A stretch of 64,000 nucleotides of DNA from Escherichia coli (lineage in GTDB: Bacteria; Pseudomonadota; Gammaproteobacteria; Enterobacterales; Enterobacteriaceae). The position numbers and the translations under genes were made by a program. The DNA is taken from assembly GCF_048403405.1 (NCBI RefSeq), contig NZ_CP183129.1, one strand, 5' to 3'. The notes under the pieces are model-generated. The model had not been told where the DNA came from, searched no databases, and worked only from the letters and a program-made list of their open reading frames with translations. Each line of letters begins with the position of its first letter. Position 1 is the stretch's first letter. Below, one piece after another: positions 23,788 through 32,674 of the stretch.

Positions 23788-25119
23788 TTACCCCAAATCC
23801 GCCATCAACACTTTGGATTTACGCTGGTAGTTGTACAACTGCTTTTTGCTCTCGGGCAGTAAATCAATATCCACTGGGGTAAATCCACGTTCCTGGAACC
23901 AGTGAATACTGCGCGTGGTCAGCACAAATAATTTGCTTAAGCCGCTCTGCTTCGCCTGAGCGGCAATGCGTTCCAGCAGAACCTCGCCCCGTGATGAACT
24001 GCGGTAATCCGGGTGAACTGCCACACAGGCCATTTCCCCAATCTTCTCTTCCGGGAACGGATAGAGCGCGGCGCAGGCAATAGTCGTGTTATCGCGCTGA
24101 ATAATGGTGAATTTATCGATTTCCATCTCCAGCTGCTCGCGAGAACGGCGTACCAGAATACCTTGCTGCTCCAGCGGGCGAATCAACTCCAGAATACCGC
24201 CAATATCGTTGATTGTTGCGCGACGAATCTGCTCGGCGCTTTCCATCACAATCTGCGTACCGATACCGTCGCGTGAGAACAACTCTTGCAACAGCGCGCC
24301 ATCTTCCTGATAACTGATTAAATGACAGCGACGCACGCCGCTGCGGCAGGCTTTCACTGCGCCACGCAAAAAGCGCACCGTACCGGAGTTGTAATCGCCT
24401 TTCTCTTCCTGGGCTTCTACCCGCGCTTGCGCTTCGTTAGGGAAAAGTTCGGAGACAATATCACCGTCGTCATTAGTAACGCCCTGGGAAGAGCAAAAAC
24501 CAATCATCTTTTCAGCTTTCAGTTTGATGGCTAGTTGAGTGGCAATCTCTTCCGAGGTCAGATTAAAGCTCTCGCCAGTGACTGAAACAGCGACCGGCCC
24601 CATTAGCACTATTGCACCGCTGTCCAGTTGACGATGGATCGCGTCTTCATCAATCCGCCGGATACGCCCGCTATGGCAGTAATCCACTCCGTCATCGACG
24701 CCCAGCGGCTGGGCGATAATAAAATTGCCACTGACGACGTTGATATGCGCGCCCTGTAGCGGCGTGTTATTGAGACTCATCGACAGGCGAGCAGTAATAT
24801 CCAGTTGCAATGTTCCCGCAGCCTGCTTCACCAGTTCCAGTGTTTTGGCGTCGGTCACACGTATATTCTTGTGATACAGCGGTTCGTGGTGATGCGCAGC
24901 CAGATTTGCGTCGATCTGCGGACGTGCGCCATAGATCACCACCAGACGGATGCCGAGGCTGTGCAGCAACCCGATATCATTAACGATACTGGAGAAATTC
25001 TCATGCTCAATGGCTTCACCGCCGAGCATGATGACAAACGTTTTTCCCCGGTGGGTATTGATATAGGGAACCGAATGGCGGAATCCCTCGACCAGCTCGG
25101 TTTTACGTTCCTTTACCAC
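23788..25119 (-). CDS. argA: N-acetylglutamate synthase (amino-acid kinase domain + GNAT domain)
   Basis: ORF-track frame 23788..25185; probable GTG start at 25119 giving [11 protein letters not shown]... and 443 aa. Confidence 0.9.
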   Translation of the reverse strand: MVKERKTELVEGFRHSVPYINTHRGKTFVIMLGGEAIEHENFSSIVNDIGLLHSLGIRLVVIYGARPQIDANLAAHHHEPLYHKNIRVTDAKTLELVKQAAGTLQLDITARLSMSLNNTPLQGAHINVVSGNFIIAQPLGVDDGVDYCHSGRIRRIDEDAIHRQLDSGAIVLMGPVAVSVTGESFNLTSEEIATQLAIKLKAEKMIGFCSSQGVTNDDGDIVSELFPNEAQARVEAQEEKGDYNSGTVRFLRGAVKACRSGVRRCHLISYQEDGALLQELFSRDGIGTQIVMESAEQIRRATINDIGGILELIRPLEQQGILVRRSREQLEMEIDKFTIIQRDNTTIACAALYPFPEEKIGEMACVAVHPDYRSSSRGEVLLERIAAQAKQSGLSKLFVLTTRSIHWFQERGFTPVDIDLLPESKKQLYNYQRKSKVLMADLG

Positions 25120-25350
25120 GGCACACCTCTTTGCATGATTATTCGAAATTAGTGTATTTTTATTCTGTTTTTTCGCAGGGTGCAAGTGTAAATTTTATGC
25201 GAGAGCGACTTTTTTATCAGTAATGCCGTGAATATAAAAAGAATGTTTACCGTTTATTAGATGACAGATTATGCGTCTTTCGCTAAAGTTTCCGGTCAAA
25301 TTAGTCGTTTACTTGTTACACAGCTTAGATTTCTTTTGCTCGGGAGAGGC

Positions 25351-26604
25351 ATGTCAGGATCCAACACTGCAATCAGCCGTCGTCGTTTACTGCAAGGCGC
25401 GGGTGCCATGTGGCTATTGAGCGTAAGTCAGGTCAGTCTGGCTGCGGTCAGCCAGGTCGTGGCGGTGCGCGTCTGGCCTGCGTCCAGCTACACCCGCGTG
25501 ACGGTAGAATCAAATCGTCAGCTGAAATATAAGCAGTTCGCGTTGAGTAACCCGGAACGCGTGGTGGTGGATATCGAAGATGTAAACCTGAACTCGGTAC
25601 TCAAGGGGATGGCGGCACAAATTCGTGCAGACGACCCGTTCATCAAGTCGGCGCGCGTCGGGCAATTTGACCCGCAGACCGTACGCATGGTTTTTGAATT
25701 AAAGCAAAACGTAAAACCGCAGCTGTTTGCCCTTGCGCCGGTCGCTGGGTTTAAAGAGCGTCTGGTGATGGACCTCTATCCGGCCAATGCACAGGATATG
25801 CAGGACCCGCTGCTGGCGCTGCTGGAGGATTACAACAAAGGCGACCTCGAAAAGCAGGTGCCGCCAGCACAAAGTGGTCCACAACCGGGTAAAGCAGGGC
25901 GCGATCGTCCGATTGTCATTATGCTTGACCCTGGCCACGGTGGCGAAGACTCCGGTGCGGTGGGGAAATACAAAACGCGCGAAAAAGACGTGGTATTGCA
26001 AATAGCTCGCCGTCTGCGCTCTCTGATCGAGAAAGAGGGCAATATGAAGGTGTACATGACGCGCAATGAAGACATCTTCATTCCGTTGCAAGTGCGCGTA
26101 GCAAAAGCCCAGAAACAGCGTGCTGACCTGTTTGTCTCTATCCATGCCGACGCCTTTACCAGCCGTCAGCCGAGCGGTTCCTCTGTGTTTGCGCTCTCAA
26201 CCAAAGGTGCAACCAGTACTGCGGCAAAATATCTGGCACAAACCCAGAACGCCTCGGACTTGATTGGTGGCGTGAGCAAAAGCGGTGACCGCTATGTCGA
26301 CCACACCATGTTCGATATGGTGCAGTCGCTGACCATTGCCGACAGCCTGAAGTTTGGTAAAGCGGTGCTGAATAAGCTCGGTAAAATCAACAAGCTGCAT
26401 AAAAATCAGGTTGAACAGGCCGGGTTTGCCGTACTAAAGGCACCAGATATTCCCTCCATTCTGGTCGAAACGGCGTTTATCAGTAACGTTGAGGAAGAGC
26501 GTAAACTGAAAACGGCGACCTTCCAGCAGGAAGTTGCGGAGTCTATTCTTGCGGGGATTAAAGCGTATTTTGCCGATGGGGCGACGCTGGCGAGAAGGGG
26601 ATGA
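25351..26604 (+). CDS. amiC: N-acetylmuramoyl-L-alanine amidase with Tat signal
   Basis: ATG at 25351 gives [19 protein letters not shown] (twin-arginine signal); ORF-track start 25261 is an extension; amidase_3 domain at the C-terminus. Confidence 0.9.
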
Positions 26605-26777
26605 TGTTTTTATTTATTCAATGAATTTATATTTCGTTGAATAGATAACATTTTCATGAATATTAGATGCTGGTTTTGTGACTGATGTCGAATATTTGAA
26701 TGTCGGCTTGAAAAATAAGCCGACCATCTCTTTAATTAAACACAATTCCGTGTAATGTATACACATTAGTTAATCAT

Positions 26778-26850
26778 CTTGTAACTGTTAAATCAGGCAA
26801 GGCAATGTTTGAAGTAATTATTACTTCTGACGTGCCTTGCCTTTTTTTTT
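26778..26850 (+). promoter_or_regulatory. RAT (ribonucleic antiterminator) element overlapping an intrinsic terminator in the leader of the antiterminator gene
   Basis: ttgtaactgttaaatcaggcaagg resembles the sac/bgl/lic RAT consensus; its 3' half (aggcaaggca, 26795-26804) pairs perfectly with tgccttgcct (26833-26842), which is followed by T8. Confidence 0.7.
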
Positions 26851-26861
26851 GGAGTCATGGA

Positions 26862-27686
26862 ATGATCATCGAAAAAGTCATGAACAATAATTGTGTACAG
26901 GCATCGATGAATGGACAGGAGGTTATCATTTCTGGACCTGGCGTCGGTTACAACAAAAAATATGGAATGTCGGTCCCTGAGCATCCGGCTAACCGGATTT
27001 TTTATGTCAGAAATGAACAAAAAAACAAACTCTATAAATTGATTGAACATGTAGATATTGAGTATGTGTTTGTTGCCGAAAAAATAGTGCAATATGCGGA
27101 GAAAAATCTCGAAAAAAATCTCAATCCATCGCTACTATTGATTCTTGCGGATCACATTTCGAATGCAATATCCCGAGTCGCTTCAGGTATACAAATTAAT
27201 AATGTTTTCCTTGATGAAATCAAAGCGTTGTACAAAGCAGAATATGCAATAAGCCGGGATGCATTAACCATCATCAATGAGCAATTTAGCTTTCAACTTC
27301 CGGATGATGAGATTGGTTTTATTGCATTGCATATTTTAAATAACTATGAAAATTCATCTGATTATGAATCGGTACGGATTATTGAATTATCTCAAAAAAT
27401 CACGGAGATTATCGAGGGTATTTATAACCGAAAGGTGGACAGAAGTTCATTTAACTATTCAAGATTTATGATGCACCTTAAGTATTTTTCTAATCGAGTT
27501 TTATGTAATGAAAAGATAAAACAGAAAGATATTGGTGACATCTATGAGCAGTTTCTTGAGAAAGACATCCTGTTACAGCGCGCAATTCATGAAATTGAAA
27601 GGTATCTGTATGCCACTTTTAAATATGAATTAATTTTAGAAGAAAAACTATATCTCTCAATTCGTACCAAAGTATTAATGGACTAA
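26862..27686 (+). CDS. BglG/LicT/SacY-family transcription antiterminator (CAT RNA-binding domain + two PRDs)
   Basis: ATG at 26862 preceded by ggag; N-terminus MIIEKVMNNNCV... aligns to LicT/BglG (MKIAKILNNNVV); the ORF-track start 26805 lies inside the leader terminator. Confidence 0.85.
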   Translation: MIIEKVMNNNCVQASMNGQEVIISGPGVGYNKKYGMSVPEHPANRIFYVRNEQKNKLYKLIEHVDIEYVFVAEKIVQYAEKNLEKNLNPSLLLILADHISNAISRVASGIQINNVFLDEIKALYKAEYAISRDALTIINEQFSFQLPDDEIGFIALHILNNYENSSDYESVRIIELSQKITEIIEGIYNRKVDRSSFNYSRFMMHLKYFSNRVLCNEKIKQKDIGDIYEQFLEKDILLQRAIHEIERYLYATFKYELILEEKLYLSIRTKVLMD

Positions 27687-27717
27687 TTATATATAACATT
27701 TATATGAGATAACCCAC

Positions 27718-29298
27718 ATGAAACAAAAGAAAGCCTGGAGTTTTTTTCAGAGCCTGGGGAAGGCATTTATGTATCCCATTGCTCTGCTAAGTGTATGTGG
27801 CATGATGCTAGGGCTAGGAAGTGGTTTAGCCAGTGATGATATGGCAAAGTTAATTCCATTTCTGGCTATTCCAATAATTAAAACCATACTTGATTTCATT
27901 GTTAGCCTTGGTTTGTTTGCCTTTGTTAATTTACCTGTATTGTTTGCGATAGCAATTCCCTTAGGATTATTAAAAGAGAAAGAGGATAAAGCCTATGGCG
28001 CTTTTTCTGGCTTAATTGGTTTTATGGCGATGCATCTGGGAACGAACTTTTATCTTAAACAGCACGACTTATTGGTCGCTGCTGACCAAATGTCGACACA
28101 TGGGCAAACCATCATTCTGGGGATCCAGTCCTACAATACCAGCGTGTTAGGGGGAATTGTTGCTGGGTTATTAGTCGCCAGCATGTATAAAAAGATCGTT
28201 AATTTACGCATTCCAGAATCATTAGGTTTTTATAGCGGCCCACGTCTGGTGCCTATCATTACACTGATTGTGATGAGTGGATTTGGTCTGATCATTCCTT
28301 TTATCTGGCCGCCGTTTTTCAATCTCTTCATGCTCATTGGCCACTGGATATCAACTTCCGGTCCTGTTGGTTATTTCTTCTATGCAGTTGCCGAACGTGT
28401 GACGATTCCTTTTGGCTTAAACCATCTGGTGACGTCAGTGTTCCGCTTTACGCCAATCGGCGGTTCGGCTGTGATTGGCGGCGAAGAGTATTACGGCACC
28501 CTGAACATGTTTATGGCGTACGTCAAAGAGAATGCGGTCATTCCGCTGGATTTGGCGGGGAAAATGGAGCAGGGCAAACTGATGATTCAGTACGGTCTGG
28601 CTGGTGCTGCACTGGCCATGTATCGCACTGCTCATGCTCAAAACAGAAAGGCTATCAAAGCATTGCTTATTTCCGGTGTGCTTACGGTTATTATTGGTGG
28701 CGTCAGCGAACCGATTGAATTTCTGTTCTTATTTGTCAGTCCGCTGCTGTTTGTCTTCCATGCCTTTATGAATGGATTCGCCAACATGGTCTTGCCATAT
28801 ATGGGCGTGAAGATGGGATTTACTGGCGATCTGATTCAATTTATTAGCTTTGGCGTATTGCGTGGCACAAGAACAGGTTGGCCGATCGCGGTGTGTGTCG
28901 AAGTGGCCTATTTCTTCATTTATTACTTTGTGTTCCGTTGGACCATTCTCAAATTTAACCTGATGACCGTAGGACGTGAAGAGTCCAGTCCTGTCACGCT
29001 GAACGCTCACGAAGAAACTGCAATAGCTAATATCCCAGCTTATGATAAATCAGAGTTGCAGGCAGCGGAGCAAATGGTTAAGGCTCTGGGTGGAAAAGAA
29101 AATATTAAATCACTGGATAATTGTGTCACTCGTTTGCGTTTAACTATCGCAGATATGGGATTGATAGATGAGGCTGCAATTAAAAGTGCCGGAGGGATTG
29201 CGGTTGTGAAACTTGATCAAAATACCTTACAAGTCATTATCGGCACTAAAGTCATCGCCCTGCGTCGGGATATGGATAACTACATGGGGATACGCTGA
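27718..29298 (+). CDS. PTS permease EIICB, glucose/maltose (MalX/PtsG-like) family; no EIIA domain
   Basis: 526-aa polytopic ORF; C-terminal EIIB domain with phospho-cysteine motif NCVTRLRL. Confidence 0.85.
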   Translation: MKQKKAWSFFQSLGKAFMYPIALLSVCGMMLGLGSGLASDDMAKLIPFLAIPIIKTILDFIVSLGLFAFVNLPVLFAIAIPLGLLKEKEDKAYGAFSGLIGFMAMHLGTNFYLKQHDLLVAADQMSTHGQTIILGIQSYNTSVLGGIVAGLLVASMYKKIVNLRIPESLGFYSGPRLVPIITLIVMSGFGLIIPFIWPPFFNLFMLIGHWISTSGPVGYFFYAVAERVTIPFGLNHLVTSVFRFTPIGGSAVIGGEEYYGTLNMFMAYVKENAVIPLDLAGKMEQGKLMIQYGLAGAALAMYRTAHAQNRKAIKALLISGVLTVIIGGVSEPIEFLFLFVSPLLFVFHAFMNGFANMVLPYMGVKMGFTGDLIQFISFGVLRGTRTGWPIAVCVEVAYFFIYYFVFRWTILKFNLMTVGREESSPVTLNAHEETAIANIPAYDKSELQAAEQMVKALGGKENIKSLDNCVTRLRLTIADMGLIDEAAIKSAGGIAVVKLDQNTLQVIIGTKVIALRRDMDNYMGIR

Positions 29299-30482
29299 TG
29301 AATGTTTTTAATACCCCTATCTCCCGTAAAGGAACATATTGCACTCAATGGGACTTTTGTGAGGACAGATTTGGTGTAAAAGATGTATTACCATTTTCTA
29401 TTTCAGATATGGATCTTCCGATACCGGAAGCTATCATCAGGGCATTAAAAAAACGCCTGGAACACCCGATTTTAGGGTACAGCCGTTGGCAGCATGATGA
29501 TTATCTGAATGCGATAGTCAATTGGTATCATCAACAATATAAAACTGAAATAAAACCAGAATGGATCACCTATAGCCCAAGTGTGATGTATTCAATTGCT
29601 AAGGCAATAGAGTTATTAACATTGAATGGAGATAACATTCTCATTTTTACGCCTGTTTATAACGCATTTTTTGATGTAATTAAACAAAGTGGTCGAAATA
29701 TGCTAACAACCTCTTTGAATAAAGAAAATGAGAGAGGCTACGCTATCAACTGGCAAGATTTTGAGCTAAAAATTAAAAGCGCGAAGATGGTGTTATTGTG
29801 TAATCCTCATAACCCGACAGGAACCGTCTGGTCGGAAGAAGATCTCTTCAAAATCGCTGCAAGCTGCGCAAAACAAAAAATCTGGCTATGTTCAGATGAA
29901 ATTCACAGTGATTTTGTTTTTAACCATGGTTTCACGTCCGCGTTAAAAATAAAAAATGACAAAGTAGTGGTGTTAAATTCGATTTCGAAAACATTTAATG
30001 TTCCTGCACTAACAGGATCATATATGATATCCGCTGACCAGGATTTTAATGATAAGTTTAGAACGATATCAAGATATCGCGATTTTGTAAACTCACCATC
30101 TATATTGAATGTGATTGCTACCATTGTTGCTTATAACGAATGTGAAGAATGGTTAAAGTCGTTAAAGGATCATATTGCCTCTAACATTCAATTTACCCAG
30201 CAGTATTTGAATGAAAATATTCCAGAATTGATCGTGAGGTCCGCTGAGGGTTGCTATTTTTCGTGGATAGATTGCTCGGCCATTGGCTATCCCTTTGATA
30301 AATTTTACCGACGATTAATTGATGAAGGGAAAGTGGGTATTATGGCGGGGTATGTTTATGGTACGGAAGGTGAGGGCTATCTGCGTCTGAATCTGGCCTG
30401 CGGTCGAGAAAAATTATATATGGGGCTTGTGCGCCTTGCGAGTGTAATTAAAAATATTAATCAGGAAAAAGAAAATGAATAA
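29298..30482 (+). CDS. MalY/PatB-like PLP-dependent C-S lyase (aminotransferase class I/II fold)
   Basis: 394 aa; N-terminus GTYCTQWDF...DVLPFSISDMD closely parallels MalY; PLP-lysine motif SISKTFN; start overlaps the PTS stop. Confidence 0.8.
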   Translation: MNVFNTPISRKGTYCTQWDFCEDRFGVKDVLPFSISDMDLPIPEAIIRALKKRLEHPILGYSRWQHDDYLNAIVNWYHQQYKTEIKPEWITYSPSVMYSIAKAIELLTLNGDNILIFTPVYNAFFDVIKQSGRNMLTTSLNKENERGYAINWQDFELKIKSAKMVLLCNPHNPTGTVWSEEDLFKIAASCAKQKIWLCSDEIHSDFVFNHGFTSALKIKNDKVVVLNSISKTFNVPALTGSYMISADQDFNDKFRTISRYRDFVNSPSILNVIATIVAYNECEEWLKSLKDHIASNIQFTQQYLNENIPELIVRSAEGCYFSWIDCSAIGYPFDKFYRRLIDEGKVGIMAGYVYGTEGEGYLRLNLACGREKLYMGLVRLASVIKNINQEKENE

Positions 30483-31071
30483 CTCGGAACTTATACATCT
30501 TATTAAACATTTTATGCGTAACGAACATAAGGCCGTTGAAGAGGTTATTGATTCCCCACTTTCTGAAGTCGCTAATTTAATTAAAGTATTACAATCTTGT
30601 CAGGGTAAAGTTGTTTTTATTGGTGTTGGTAAGTCCGGTATTATTGCCAGAAAACTCGCAGCAACATTTGCCAGTACCGGAACTCCCTCGTTTTTTGTTC
30701 ACGGTACGGAAGCGGTACACGGCGACCTTGGAATGGTGGCGAAAGACGATGTTGTTATTCTTATTTCAAACAGTGGTGAGACGGCGGAAATCCTGGCGAC
30801 ACTGCCTAGTCTGAAAAGAATGGGTAATTATTTGATCTCTTTTACCCGCAGTCATCACTCATCGCTTGCGATAAGTTGTGATTTATCTGTTGAAATCCCC
30901 GTCAAAAGTGAGGCGGATAATTTAGGTTTAGCACCGTCATGCTCGTCTACTGTTGTTCTGGTTGTTGGTGATGCGGTGGCGCTTGCACTCTCCGAATTGA
31001 AAAAATTTACTCGTGCCGATTTCGGCTTATATCATCCAGGAGGTGCACTCGGCATTAAAGCAAATTCATAA
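30475..31071 (+). CDS. SIS-domain-only sugar-phosphate isomerase-like protein (resembles the N-terminal half of KdsD/GutQ arabinose-5-phosphate isomerases, no CBS domains)
   Basis: 198 aa; motifs GVGKSGIIARKLAATFASTGTPSFFVHGTEAVHGDLGM, SNSGET and HPGGALG; start overlaps the MalY-like stop by 8 nt. Confidence 0.8.
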   Translation: MNNSELIHLIKHFMRNEHKAVEEVIDSPLSEVANLIKVLQSCQGKVVFIGVGKSGIIARKLAATFASTGTPSFFVHGTEAVHGDLGMVAKDDVVILISNSGETAEILATLPSLKRMGNYLISFTRSHHSSLAISCDLSVEIPVKSEADNLGLAPSCSSTVVLVVGDAVALALSELKKFTRADFGLYHPGGALGIKANS

Positions 31072-31142
31072 TTTCAAAATATAAATACAGTAACCGGTCA
31101 CGCCATCTTTTGGGGTGGCGTTCATTGAAGTGAGTGTCAGCT

Positions 31143-32090
31143 ATGAAAAATGTTCTGGTCACCGTCCCCAGCTTTTCAGCACGCTGTGTTTCCGCCAGCA
31201 AGTTGCTAAGAGAGAATAATTTTAATCTTATTATTAAGAATAATGTGGAGCATCTGCTTAAATCAGAATCCACTGCATTACGAGAATCTATTTGCGCGGT
31301 CATCGCCGGAAAAGATTGTTATCAGGCGGATACGCTATCATTGCTGCCTGGTGTGAAAATAATATCGAGATTCGGGACGGGGATAGACAATATTGATCTT
31401 CGTGCGGCACAGCAATCCGGTATTGTAGTCAAAAATGCGGTTGGGATTAATTCAAATGCGGTTGCGGAATTTATCATTGGACTTATCTTTGCGAGCATGA
31501 GAAATATTCCTGGCAGCTATCATGCGATGCAAAATGGCTACTGGGTTGAGTCGCATGGCTGTGAATTACAAGGGAAACGGATTGGCCTGGTTGGCTACGG
31601 TAATATAGGTAAAACCCTGGCGAAAAGGTTGTCTGGTTTTGATGTTGAGCTTTTAGCTTTTGACAAACAACCCGATTTTCAGGCCGCTGGCAAAGATGGA
31701 GTTCAGTTTGTATCAATTGAAGATATCTTTATGCAGTCGCATGTCATCATTGTTCTTTTACCTTTTTCTCCTGAGCTGGAGAACTTCATTAGTCATAAAT
31801 ATTTGTCAATGATGCGCAATGGTGCTCTGATCATCAATGCCGCAAGGGGAAAGTTGCTGGATGAGGGCGCTTTACTTCAGGTGATTGAAGAACGAAATGT
31901 GTTTGCGGCGCTGGATGTGTTTAGCTCTGAACCGTTGGCGCAATTTAGCCCACTGCTACATGCCAAAAATATCATTACAACGCCGCATATTGCGGCCGCC
32001 ACCGTTGAGTCATACCAGCAAACCGGGATACACGTTGCCCAGTCAATAATTGATTACTTCGCAGGAAGGGAGATAAAAAACGTGTTGTGA
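31143..32090 (+). CDS. D-isomer-specific 2-hydroxyacid dehydrogenase, NAD-binding
   Basis: ATG at 31143 preceded by gaagtgag (ORF-track 31134 is a GTG upstream); Rossmann motif GLVGYGNIGKTLAKRL. Confidence 0.8.
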   Translation: MKNVLVTVPSFSARCVSASKLLRENNFNLIIKNNVEHLLKSESTALRESICAVIAGKDCYQADTLSLLPGVKIISRFGTGIDNIDLRAAQQSGIVVKNAVGINSNAVAEFIIGLIFASMRNIPGSYHAMQNGYWVESHGCELQGKRIGLVGYGNIGKTLAKRLSGFDVELLAFDKQPDFQAAGKDGVQFVSIEDIFMQSHVIIVLLPFSPELENFISHKYLSMMRNGALIINAARGKLLDEGALLQVIEERNVFAALDVFSSEPLAQFSPLLHAKNIITTPHIAAATVESYQQTGIHVAQSIIDYFAGREIKNVL

Positions 32091-32116
32091 GTTCAGCGAA
32101 CGAAGATTTTAAATAC

Positions 32117-32149
32117 AAAAAAACCGCAATTTGTGGAACACATTGCGGT
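32117..32149 (-). terminator. intrinsic terminator downstream of the tRNA-fMet operon (minus strand)
   Basis: On the minus strand, stem ccgcaat/attgcgg followed by T7; lies just 3' of the last tRNA copy. Confidence 0.55.
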
Positions 32150-32168
32150 TTATCAGCATTCTAAGTAT

Positions 32169-32245
<77 letters not shown>

Positions 32246-32279
32246 TCACCGTACTGCTTTTACTTCATCAAATTTTGAT

Positions 32280-32356
<77 letters not shown>

Positions 32357-32389
32357 TCACCGTACTGCTTTACTTCATCAAATTTTAAT

Positions 32390-32466
<77 letters not shown>

Positions 32467-32674
32467 TCCGTGGATGCGCACTATACTCCGCTCGCGTTTT
32501 CATGCAACCTTTTTTTTAACCCGATCACGGATTCGGCATGATTTTGAACAAAAACAAATCACTAAAGCCTATTTTTTGTGCAAAATTTGCGTCAGGGAGA
32601 GGCTGCTCATTTCATTAAACGCGGTGGTTTGTTATCTTCGTTGCGCCTTATTTTTTAACCTGAAGAAGAGAACA

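Larger units (their letters stand above)
26605..32116. other. AT-rich accessory islet inserted between amiC and the 3' end of the tRNA-fMet cluster; five-gene antiterminator/PTS metabolic operon; no integrase or flanking repeats seen
   Basis: Not part of K-12 synteny as I remember it; visibly AT-rich compared with flanks; boundaries approximate (amiC stop to the tRNA-operon terminator). Confidence 0.75.

Noticed and set aside
26702-26724. Hairpin gtcggctt-gaaaaat-aagccgac about 100 bp downstream of amiC
   Set aside because: Good stem but no adjacent U-tract on either strand; it cannot be assigned confidently as the amiC terminator, an islet-internal element or chance.
26805-26861. Upstream extension of the antiterminator ORF (MFEVIITSDVPCLFFWSHG)
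   Set aside because: This stretch is the RAT/terminator hairpin and T-run; the in-frame ATG at 26862 has an RBS and gives the canonical BglG/LicT N-terminus.
26605-32116. Possibility that the islet is an integrative mobile element or prophage remnant
   Set aside because: No integrase, transposase, phage or conjugation genes and no direct repeat of the tRNA 3' end were found, so it is annotated as a metabolic islet rather than a mobile element.
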